Shown here: piece by piece, positions 11,612 to 22,214 of the stretch
How the letters are laid out: every line of letters begins with the position of its first letter
Numbering within the stretch: position 1 is the stretch's first letter
NCBI GenBank assembly: GCA_030390025.1
Contig: CM059433.1
Span: 22,632,001-22,696,000 of the forward strand
DNA from: Squalus acanthias
Lineage: Eukaryota
Length of the DNA: 64,000 bases
Direction: 5' to 3'
The notes under the pieces: model-generated
Told to the model about the DNA's origin: nothing
Databases searched by the model: none
The model's input: the letters and a program-made list of their open reading frames with translations, nothing else
Made by a program: the position numbers and the translations under genes

Positions 11612-12772
11612 CTAGAAGCGGCTTGCTATCAGCCGTTGACAGACGGCCCTTGCAGTTTCACCATTGTGGGCCGCCCTCCCGCCTTGGTGCTGCTGATGAT
11701 CATCCTCCTCGTCCTCTTCCTCCTCTTCCTCCTCCTCCTCTGGTGGTGCTCCAAGGCCTGGTGGCATTGGCTGGGTCCTGACGATTGCCATGTTATGCAA
11801 CATGCAGCACACAACTACGAAGTTGGATACTCGCTCAGGCGAGTACTGCAGGGCTCCTCCAGAATGGTCGAGACAGCGGAACCGTTGCTTCAGCACGCCG
11901 ATTGTGCGCTCAGTGATGTTCCTGGTAGCTTGATGGCTCTCGTTGTACCGCAGCTCAGCAGGGGTGTTGGGCATACGGAGCGGTGTCATCAGCCAGGTGC
12001 TCAATGGATACCCCTTGTCCCCGAGAAGCCAACCAACTGGCTGATGCGGTGCCTCGAAAAGGTCTGCCATAGTAGTCTGGCGCAGGATGAAAGCATCGTG
12101 GCAGCTGCCAGGATAGTGGGCATTGACAGTGAGTATCAGCTGTCTGTGGTCACAGACCAACTGAACATTCAAGGAATGGAACCCCTTTCTGTTCCGGAAA
12201 TCCTCGGCATTCTCATGTGGAGCACGCAAAGCCACATGCGTGCAGTCAATGGCGCCCTGCTCCATGGGGAAGCCCGCTATCCTCGCAAAGCCCAGAGCGC
12301 GGTCACGCTGCTTGTCTAGGGTCATGGGGAAAGAGATGAACTCTCGTCTCCTTTTAAAGAGGGCATTTGTGACCTGCCGGATGCAGCAATGCACCGCGAA
12401 CTGGGAGATATTGGCGAGGTCCCCAGCAGCAGCTTGAAATGAGCCAGTAGCATAGAAGTTGAGAGCCACTGTGACCTTCACTGCCACCGACAGAGACGTC
12501 CTGGACCTCAGTTGAGGCTGCAGATCTGGCTGCAGCAGGTGGCAGAGCTCAGTGACCAGCTCCTTGCTGAATCGCAGCCTTCGCAAACACAGCTCCTCAG
12601 ACATATGAATGTAGGAGAGCTGTTCACGATATACCCTGGGAGGGTAAGCTCTCCTGTACAGACGCCTGTTGGCCCTCCTCCGTCTGGCCATCATTGCCAC
12701 TCTCTCTCTGCGTCTCTGTGTCCTCCGATTCAGCTGGAGCAGGACGACGCCCCCATTCAGTGCAGCCCCCAT
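11612..12772 (-). CDS. Harbinger (HARBI1-like) DDE transposase, 386 aa, uninterrupted
   Basis: ATG at 12772 (MGAALNG, matching the ATG of the sister copy at 26281); HTH region KVTVALNFYATGSFQ...ISQ; catalytic motifs GAIDCTH, LLGDKGY and [14 protein letters not shown]; acidic tail; no internal stops. Confidence 0.95.
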   Translation of the reverse strand: MGAALNGGVVLLQLNRRTQRRRERVAMMARRRRANRRLYRRAYPPRVYREQLSYIHMSEELCLRRLRFSKELVTELCHLLQPDLQPQLRSRTSLSVAVKVTVALNFYATGSFQAAAGDLANISQFAVHCCIRQVTNALFKRRREFISFPMTLDKQRDRALGFARIAGFPMEQGAIDCTHVALRAPHENAEDFRNRKGFHSLNVQLVCDHRQLILTVNAHYPGSCHDAFILRQTTMADLFEAPHQPVGWLLGDKGYPLSTWLMTPLRMPNTPAELRYNESHQATRNITERTIGVLKQRFRCLDHSGGALQYSPERVSNFVVVCCMLHNMAIVRTQPMPPGLGAPPEEEEEEEEEDEEDDHQQHQGGRAAHNGETARAVCQRLIASRF

Positions 12773-13476
12773 AGTCTCTTTGCAAGCAAAGTTATGAAGG
12801 ACAGCAACCAAAGTACCAGCGAAGTTAGGATCAGTAGGCAAAACTACCTCACAAAGCGTTGACTCAATGCAGAAGTCTCTCTTTCTCTCTCTCCGAATCT
12901 CTCTCTCTCTCTCAGAACGAGTGGTGCAAAAATGTCAACCACAGAAAAAGACAGGAAGAGGCCCCCTTTAAATAGCGCCCCCCAGCCCCACAGCGATTGA
13001 TAGCGTTCCAGCCTTCCGGTCGTTGGATGCGCCAGGCGGTAAGGCAGGGGGCGCCACTCAATTTCCGCTCCGGGGCGCCACAAGGGCGTTGCACCATGGA
13101 ATGACGTCACAATCTGCGCGCGCAGGTGGTCACGGCGGTAAAATTTAGCGCTGCCGCACAATGTCTAGTTAAGTTCCCGAGCGGCGCAAACATCGCTGCG
13201 CCCGGGCGCTAGCGGCTTTGCGCCCCATTAGCGCCCTCTTAAGGCGCTAACGGGAGGCGCAACCAACTGAATTTTTCCCTCAAAGCCTTCAGGCTTGTTT
13301 TTTTAACACTCTTAGACCTTTTAGAATTATTGTTTACTGTGACCATGTTTGATTTACACCCTTGATTTCTCTGCCTTCCACTTTTGCTTTTCTCCTTCCT
13401 GTCTTTTGCTTCTATCCTCGCTTCCCTTTCCTCTGTCTCCCTGCACAGGTTCCCAAACCCCTGCCATTTTAGTTTA

Positions 13477-14000
13477 TCGATCTCTGACTTGAATATACTC
13501 AGCGACTGTGCCTCCACAGCCCTCTGGGGTAGAGAATTCCAAAGATTCACCACCCTCCGAGTGAAGAAATTTCTCCTCATCTCAGTCCTAAATGGCTGAC
13601 CCCTTATTCTGTGACTGTGACTCTCCAGCCAGGGGAAACATCCTCCCTGCATCTACCCTGTCAAGTCCTGTAAGAATTTTGTATGTTTCAATGAGATTAC
13701 CTTTCATTCTTCTAAACTATATAGGCCTAGTCTATTCAATCTCTCCTCATAGCACCATCCCCCCATCCCAGGAACCAGTCTGGTGAACCTTCATTGCACT
13801 CCCTCTATGGTAAGTATATCCTTCCTTAGGTAAGGAGACCAGAACTGTACACAATACTCCAGGTGTGGTCTCACATTGGGCCCTATATAATTGCAATAAG
13901 ATGTCTTTACTCTTATACTCAAATCTTCTTGTAATAAAGGCTGACATACCATTTGCTTTCCAAATTTCTTGCTGTACCTGCATGTTAACTTTCAGTGGTT
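13477..14000 (-). mobile_element. CR1 LINE 3' fragment of a different subfamily
   Basis: RRNFFT.RVVNLWNSLPQ and [13 protein letters not shown] motifs; broken frames. Confidence 0.88.
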
Positions 14001-14531
14001 AGTGATAGCGCGGGGGGCGGGTGGGTTCCGGATCTTGAGGCGCTCTGATCTGGGGGAGGCTCCGATCTTGGGGGTACTCCAATCACGGGGGCGGGGGATT
14101 TGTCTGTGATCGTGGGGGGAAGGGGCTTTAGATCACGGGGTGGGGGGGGGAGCAGGCGCGAATGCGGCCAGGGAAGAAGGTAAGGTTGGTGGGCCGGGGC
14201 AAAGCACTCCTGCTCCTCTTGGCCCATAAGCAGTGCTGTAAAGGCATTTACCTCTTCCACACAGCAGTCCTCGCCACACTTTAGGGAAACCCGGTCGGCC
14301 AGGGTTAAACCTGGGAGAGAGGTTAAATCTGAGGCACACAACCTGATTCTAATATTTAAATGAGCAACCGGCCTCCTGGGAGTGGGTTGGTTGCCCGCCC
14401 CACTGTCCCACCTCCATTAAAACCGGAAGTTGGGCAGGTTGGAGGCATGTTGGGGTCAAGTTTGAGATTTTTTAAATTTTCACATCTCACCCGACCCCAA
14501 CCCACCCATTTTGGGGGGTTAAAATTTCCCC
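14001..14531. mobile_element. Partial non-autonomous Harbinger-like element (MITE-like)
   Basis: GC-rich and non-coding; ends in aaaatttcccc, which resembles the GGGGAAA.TT TIRs seen elsewhere; left end missing. Confidence 0.45.
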
Positions 14532-14559
14532 TATTGAGGCTGTGCTATGCTTGTAGGAC

Positions 14560-15560
14560 AAAATGGCACATAACAGAAGGGAACTGGAGGAGGACTCAAA
14601 ATATTTAGAGGTCACGTTAGCCTGATGACTTCCTCAGCTGCAGTGCCGAGAGATTCTGAACTCAAAGGAGCTGCACATAAAAAGAGATGGATAATTGAGC
14701 AGGATCATTTACAGGAGTTGTTTGACTCTGTAGAAAATACCCTCAAAGGTCTGGTTAGACATGCAAAGAAATCTATTAGCTGCATCGGTAGAGTCATGCA
14801 GAAAAGCTACTGTGCACTGCAGTCTACTGCTCAGCATGTGGCAACTCCTGGGCTTCTACATTAGAGTCCCACTGGCACAAATTCTAATGCTAGTCAGAGT
14901 ATGTATCAATGCTCAGACTGTTACTATAAAGGCCTTAGGCTGGAACAATTAGATGGAGAGAGCTATAAGCCACAGTTTCACAAATCTCATTGCTGGCCCC
15001 AATCTGCTCCTTCACTGATCTGTAGTCATCAATGTACTGCAAAGGGTGGCATTAGCCAGGGCTGAAGAGGGTAGCCTCCAATCGTCCAATCTGCTTATTC
15101 TTTCAAATAAACCAAGTACAGATGATAGTCTTAAAATTAAGGAATTATTACTGCTGCCTGGGAAGCAGGCATTGACTGTGTGATGCACTATTGTGATCTC
15201 TGACCAGCTGCATATTGTGGTGCAGAGCCTTTTCTGTTTATGTGTGCCAATATATTACTGGTCAATGGGGAAGGAGATTAAAAGTGTTGGTCTTGCTGAA
15301 CATTGCACCTGTCAGCTGTTTGATACAGCTTCGGACAGACAATTGGCTGATACTGTGCTAGCCTATTAGGAGCTGGATGTATAAAACACTGGCCATGCCA
15401 TCCCTATGGCAGAGGTGGCTGCAGGTCTCGTTGCGGCAAAATAGTGCAGCTTTTTAACTGCATGGCTGTTGAACTGGAGTCGCTGGGTCGGTGGATGCAG
15501 TTTCCCATCATCAGTGCCGATATCTGCGCGTGGGTTTATAAATATGGTTGATGGTATAAT
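14560..15560. pseudogene. Highly decayed Harbinger relic (transposase trace on -, possible Myb-gene C-terminal trace on +)
   Basis: The minus strand near 15290-15350 reads ISQLSVRSCIKQLTGAMFSK, compared with ISQFAVHCCIRQVTNALFK in the intact transposase. Confidence 0.5.
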
Positions 15561-15682
15561 GGGACATGTGGCCAGTCTGCTTCTTGTGCCATTTAACATC
15601 TCCGGTATCCTTCATTGTTCTTTGTCCACTTCCATGAAATTCAGTGACAGCATTGAAAGCAATAGCTCGCAAATAAATGAAG

Positions 15683-15979
15683 GACTGGCATTTAAATAGT
15701 GCCTTTCATGACCTCCCAAAGCATTTTCCGGCAATTAAGCAGTTTTGAAGTGCCATTACTGTTGTAATGTAGGAAACCCAGCAACCAATTTGCACACAGC
15801 AAGCTCCCACAAACAGCAATGGGCTTATGACCAGACAATCTGTTTTGATGATGTTGCACTCCCTCAGTACTGCACTGAAGTTTCAGCCTCGATTTTGTGC
15901 TCAAGTCTCTGGAGTGGGAGTTGAACCCACAACCTTCTGACTCAGAGGCGAGACTGCTACCCACTGAGCCACGGCTGAC
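15683..15979 (-). mobile_element. tRNA-headed SINE, SacSINE1/DeuSINE-like
   Basis: Minus-strand head gtcagccgtggctcagtgggtagc (A box)...ggttcaactcc (B box); L2-like tail; related copies at 48530-49340. Confidence 0.8.
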
Positions 15980-18224
15980 ATCTCTCCAAAAGGAAATTAA
16001 CAGTGCAGTTTTAAGGGATTCATTCCCAGTAGCAGAGAACTTGGCCAATGTTAAACACCCATTTGAAAAGGGCAAACTTAGTGCAATGTGCGAAAACAGG
16101 AACTTCACATACTCATGTTATTTTCCTCGGTTTGAATGTTAAATAGAGGCCTCTCACATTATGTGCAAGATGATAAGCAACCAGGTAATGAATTTTGAAC
16201 AAAGTGCAAAGCGAGGGGAAAGGCGTGAGGTTACGATTTCTTGGCCCCAGTTATCACGAGCAAAAGCACTTTCACCTGGAGGTGCTGCGAAGCTAATTCT
16301 AATGGAGTCTGATTCCTCATCTCCATTACCTAGACTTTTGCTCCGTCATTTATGAACACTTTGTCACTCATTTCATTGTCACTTTCAGGAAAGAAAGACT
16401 GAAAAAAATCAGTTTTATTCAGCGGCATTAAATATTTAAATGTGTTAAAAAATTCATATTCTCATTTCATTCCTATTAATCTTGAGAAGAACAGAGAGAA
16501 TTTATTAGGAATTCTATATGTATCACTACCTGATTCAGACATAATTAATAAGAACATCACAAAAAAAAGCTGTAATAATCTTGGTCTGCATTTTTCCGTG
16601 ATAGTTAAAGGAGTAAGTGTAATAGCAGCCTTTAAAATTATGTTCAAATGAATAAAATATCCCATAGATCATGTAAAGCTATTAAAATAATTGTTAACTG
16701 TATTTGATTGAAACAAAAGGACCTTTGGTTTTGAAACTAATGCAAGGGAAAACACATTCAGTTCTTTCCTTCCAGTATGGTTTCACTGTACACAATAACA
16801 AGGTTTACAGAGGTTTCATACTGTAGAGAGTAAAAGGGATAAACCTAGCATTTTAAATAACGGAGACCCATTGATTTGGATCGCATAAGCCACTTCAATG
16901 ATCAATGGGAACTTACTACGTTTGAGTTGCAGCACATACTAAAGAACATTTTACACTCAGCAGAGGGATAACACAAATGGAACATATTTGTTTATCAATC
17001 AGCAGCTCTGTCATTGCAAATTTGTTTGTTAATTAATAGCTCTGTGATTGCAAACTCCCGATCTGTCTTGGGTGTCACTCCATGGTAATTAAATAAATAT
17101 CTGCAATAAGAGTTATAAAACTGGGGTCGTATTAGCTCTCTTGTATGTGTCAACACAGTAATATAATGCTTCATAATAATATCGACCCTATTGCTCTCCA
17201 GTAGACCTTTTGTACAATACCACGTATTGAAGGTCTCTCGTATTGAAGCAAGCACCAGAGATACACAGCCACGGCACTTCCACAGCCTAGTAAATCATGA
17301 GGATAAGAGTGAACGTGGAGGATGTAGCACTTTGACCGGCTGAGGGTCTTTTGCTTTGTGAGGCCAAGGAAAGGTCACGTGTGGCTGAAGAGTGGTCGGT
17401 GAAGAGCAGAGTGAGCCAGACTTTGTGTGATCATGTTTGAACACTGGAAACATAGAAACAACGCTATGGCCACGTTCACATTATGATGACTGAAAGGCCG
17501 GGAAGGCTGGAGTTATCAATATCCAGCACATGAATAATCACGTCAGAAATGAGAGGGCCGAATCCACAGGCCTTTGGTCCCAGTGTAAATGGTGGGATTG
17601 ACCTACCGGGAACCTGTGCTGCTAAATCCACCGGACTTAGCGGGTCAGAGATGATTCCATGATTTAAGTAATTTTGGTGGGCTCCTGCACCACAAGGCGA
17701 AGGTGGTAAAATGCAATGGAGACTGTCCAACCCCCACCGGAAACATGCTGTAAAATGGCCTATTGACTCCTTTATAAGGAGGCTGGAAAAATCACAGTTG
17801 AAAAAAAAATCCTTGGGGTCCAGCCCATGACCCAGGCCTGGGCCCCATTCATGCTCCTGCAGTGACCATGGCTGGTGCACCTCCCTTCAATGAAAGTACA
17901 GGCCATTGCAGTCCCTCCAAGCCAGGGACAAGGTAACTGTCCACCTAGAAACCCCCGACTCCTGACCGTGCCCCCTCTGACACCGGTACTCTTGTTTGGG
18001 GGCGGATGTCAGCTCTGGCCTAAACAAGGAAAAGAAAAAGGTGGCAGAAAAGGGCGGGACCAAGTGTATCAGAGTCCCAGCCTAATTTCCAGCCCTTCCT
18101 CTGCATTCCTGCTGGATTTATAATGGAGGTCAACAGGAAGGCACTGATTTTCAGAACCTACTCCTTCCACCTCGCACAGCCATAATATGTTGGATTAATA
18201 ATAACAACTTCCTCCAGACTGTTT

Positions 18225-18690
18225 GCAGTGATTGAGGGATCCAGAATAAGGGGACATAGATGTAAGCTCAAAGAGCTGGGTCCCTACATTTTCGAGAAGC
18301 GTAGCCTTAGGGATGATTTGATGGAGGTTTATAAGAAGATGAAGGGACGAGATTGTGTTTGTGTAGATAGTTTTGTTTCAACTGAATAGTTTAGGGAGGA
18401 CAAGGGGTCACAATCTCAAGTCATGTAAAGCAACAACAACTTGCATTTATATAGTGCCTTTAACATAGTAAAAAGACTTAAGGCGCTTCACAGGAGTGTT
18501 ATCAAACAAAATTTGACACCGAGCCACATAAAAAGATATTAGGACAGATGGTTTTTAAGGAGATTCTGAAAGGATGAGAGAGAGGTAGAGAGACGAAGAG
18601 GTTTAGGGAGGGGGAAATCCAGAGCTTAGGGCCGAGGCAGCTGAAGGCATGGCCGCCAATGGTGGAGCGATGAAAATCGGGCAGAAAGGC
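18225..18690. mobile_element. Old CR1 3' relic (+) followed by an L2-like 3' relic (-)
   Basis: LRDDLMEVYKKMKG-like trace at about 18305-18350; caacaacttgcatttatatagtgcc is an antisense L2-type 3' end. Confidence 0.55.
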
Positions 18691-21600
18691 AGAACTAGAT
18701 TAGATGGTGGTACAGAAGTTTGTGGATGACACAGAGATACACATACATGCAAATAAATGTACCTGTGATGAAGCTTTTCCTTTTTCTACTGTTTGTGCTG
18801 ATTAACGCAAGTCAATTGTGCTGGGCTTCCCATTGTTTTCTGCAAGATTCGCAGGTCATTTGCATCTTATTGACTTGTTGTCACGTAATTTGACCACAGC
18901 TGGCACTACAATGGGGCACTATAAAATGGCTTTAGTAACACTAACTCATCTGCTCTTCGCTGCAGTGTTGATCCTGGGAAAGTGAGTCACATCCAGTTTT
19001 GCAAATTTGCAGGAAGGTATAGATTTGCAGGAATTAGGGTCAATGCCCAAAATAAGTTAATGCTCTTAAGTTCCTTAGGTGGTGGCAAGACAATTATGTA
19101 TATTTTTTAATTTCAAACAATGCTCGTTACTAATAGTGAAAGAAAACAGAGCCAGGACCCTGACAGGGTTGGGAAAACAGGCAGAGGTCCTGTCCTCATC
19201 CTGTAGGGGCAGGATCAGGAAATTCTAGCCCAAAACACCTTTATGAGGTACCTATGGGGTGAAGAAACTTGATAAAATGCAGATGGGTAATTAAACCCTT
19301 CCATTCCCTTTCCCTTGGTGAATATGTTAACAGAAGTGAGCATATATTTCAGAATGTTGTTTATAATTGAGACATTTCAAAACAGTACAGAAACAGGTTT
19401 CCATTAAAACAAACTAGATATTTGTTATGATGTTGCCCAATTTTCTTTTCTTTGTAGTAGGTTCATACCCTCTCCTTGTAAAACTGAGACTGTGGAATAA
19501 TTGATGTCTTTCTACCTTCTGCTGCTTGAGTTATTTTTGTAGTTTAATTGCTTTCCATGTTGTTCTTGCTCAAAGTAGCTGGAATTCCTGCCAATTCCCC
19601 TGCTGGCACACTCGAGATTCCAATACTCAATAATGTTAATGAATTCAATGGTTGCAATTCCTGGTGAAACAACGGGTATCTGTGCTTTAGTTAGTGTGAA
19701 TGAATGAAGTTCACTTATTTATAGCTTACGGCCAAGTTTCTGTGAACCCTTTTTGTAAAGTCTCATTGCCTCCAGCTTCACTGCAACAGATTCTGACAAA
19801 TCCTTAGGAACAACAGTGCCACTTAATTTCTCTGACAATTACAATCATCAAGTTAGGAGCTGTTTTTCCACTAAAGAAAGAACGCACATTTATATAATGC
19901 CTTATTATGTCCTTAGGACGTTGCAAAGCACTGTACAGCCAATAGATTCTTTTTGAAGTGCAGAACTCCCTGCTGTTCTTTGAAAATTGCCATGGGATCT
20001 TTCCTGTCCACCTGTAGATTCTTTAATTTACTTCTTTAAGCTTTCCTTTCTATCATTTCTCTTTTGGCAGCATTAATATTACTTATATTAGTGTCATTGT
20101 CTATTAAGATTATCTTTGTTGTGTGATATGGTCCCTTATTTTCTCTTCACTGGAATTCTGTTCTTTATTCCAATGGCTGTAAAGGTTTTATTGTCTTTCT
20201 CAATTTGTTTCACTTAAAAAAAATTAAACAATTTTGTTCTTTTTTCATATCTGATCTTATTGAGTCCATATCTGTTTTTATATTTCTTGCTTCTTTATGC
20301 AATATTACAAAGCTCTTGCAGGGTCACTTAAATTACTTCAGGTTCACTTATTCCTCAGTAACTGTTATAACATCCATGGTTTCTTCTGCATCTTACTTTG
20401 ATTTCTTTTGTATTCTCTTACTGATTTCATTGAGCCTCAGTAATGTTATTTTTAATGCTACTTGGATCAATCTTCTTTTCCGCCGTCAATTTTTACCCAG
20501 GTTCACAATGGTGAAATTAAAAGTTAATTCAACTTGAAAGAGGCTGTTGTTCCACAAATTGTTCATAAACAGATTCTTTTGAGAATGATTTCCGTCTGCC
20601 ATTTTAAAGGTTTTTCCAAAGCTGATTTCAGTATCCGTGCAGTAAATTTGTCTTAAGTTGAACACCAACCCTCATTTGCCTGTTCCTCTCCTTGTTTTGG
20701 AAGTTCATTGAATTCAGACTTGCAATCATCTACAATTTGCAATTGCAGAAAACAGATAACTTTGAGGTTTTAAATATTTATTTATATTTTTATTTTATAA
20801 CAATCCAGGAATTATCCAAATTTTAACAGAAGTTTATTCTGACTGCCAGCACTGAGCTCAGTAAACTCATATAGGGTATGACATTCATATTGGCCAATAA
20901 GGCCTAATCTGGTTTCCAGAGCAGAACCATCTCTTTGTCAATGTTTTATGAAAGGTGAAAATGGTTATATGCTTTAGTTTATTCTCACATTGTTGAAAGC
21001 CTTCGGTCAGACTCTGTGCTTCACTCACTACGTTGCCTTGACAATGCAATTTATAAATTTTGGAGAACAGCATTGAGCATGATAAAGTTGCAGTTGTTTG
21101 GAAAAATCCTTGTTAAGCATATTCATAGTCAATTCGATCATGGAGAAATGAATCCCAAATTAAATTATTTGCTTCTGCACACGGATTTGGTACAAACATT
21201 TGTTTAGTGATATAAGCAAAACTATGAATGTTATATGGCTCTGTGTTCTTTTTGATTCTAATAGACTCCATTACTTTAGTTTCAACACCTTGCTGTCTCC
21301 TAAAGACCAACCGTAATCAATAGCTGCATTGAAATCAGACATGTACTGCAAAATAAATCCACACTCATGAAAAGACTTCTTTAACCCCTTAAGTATTGGG
21401 CTGATAGGTGAACTTGGCTTTTGTCACTGTCTATTTAGCAGACTTATGCCTGACGTGACACATTTTTAAGGGATAACTGACATTTTAACGAAATTGGTTT
21501 TGTGGCTCTGCCAGTAATGTGACAAGAGATTTGTAAAGCTTTGGATCCATCTAGAGGGTCTGGTGTGTATACCAGAGAGAAACAGAAGAACTTAATGAAC

Positions 21601-22214
21601 TCACTGCATAGAAATGTGTATTATTTTATTTAATAACGTCACTTTTCTTTTTAATTGCTTGGTTACCAAACATAGTCATGATTTGGAACTCGAATTGGAG
21701 TTAAAAGCACCTCAGTACATCTATTTATTCATAGAATTACAATGAGCAACTAGTGCTATAATAGCCATAATTCCTAATCTTAGTTTTAGTAAGCTTAGGC
21801 TAGAAACTGTTGTTGATGTAATGGCTGACATTGTGCAAAGGAGCAGCATTTTGCGAGTTAATGTGCTTCCATGCTTCCTGCCTCTCACAGTCTGTTCTTA
21901 AGTTTGTTGCGGGGCCTCTTAATGGGCAATGTATTTTCTTACCCAAACTGTGTGTACCCAGACTTATTGGCCGTACAAATCTGCTTCTTACTGCTATTTA
22001 ACAGGGGGAGGGGGGGGGAAGAGGAGCTGAAATATTGCTGCCTTCATGGACTGCATGTGCAGTGCACTAATCTTACCCACTTGAAATGGGGTCAACCAAC
22101 CAGGTTCTTGCATGTCAGAAACTTTAACCTAGCAGCAGGAAAGTCAATTTGCTTTGGCTGGCTGATACTTAACAGCTATCGGGATTGCTTTCAGTTCTCC
22201 CTTGTCACTTAATT

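Larger units (their letters stand above)
9123..13281. mobile_element. Full-length PIF/Harbinger DNA transposon (4159 bp) with two convergent genes
   Basis: TIRs GGGGGAAAAATT (9123) and GAGGGAAAAATT (reverse complement, ending 13281); 3-bp TSD AAA at 9120-9122 and 13282-13284; Myb/SANT gene on +, DDE transposase on -. Confidence 0.95.
6232..13476 (-). mobile_element. CR1 LINE, nearly complete ORF2 plus ORF1 3' end, split by a Harbinger insertion at 9123-13281
   Basis: Frameshifted ORFs 6527-9121 cover EN (CLNARS, ITETWL) and RT (NYRPISLTS, YLDFQKAFD, KFADD). 3' tail near 6232-6258. The CR1 sequence gacacAAAgccttc is restored when the insert is removed, and it continues to about 13476. Confidence 0.95.

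Noticed and set aside
11507..12319. 270-aa plus-strand ORF with a hydrophobic stretch
   Set aside because: It is the antisense shadow of the transposase; the Leu/Phe run mirrors the poly-Glu codons.
11612..12772. Host gene HARBI1, with NAIF1/MSANTD for the partner
   Set aside because: Both genes lie between TIRs with a TSD, inside a CR1, and have a decayed sister copy nearby. This is a transposon, so no gene symbol is given.
12773..12841. N-terminal extension of the transposase in the ORF track
   Set aside because: It begins at a non-ATG codon; the ATG at 12772 aligns with the starts at 26281 and 35761.
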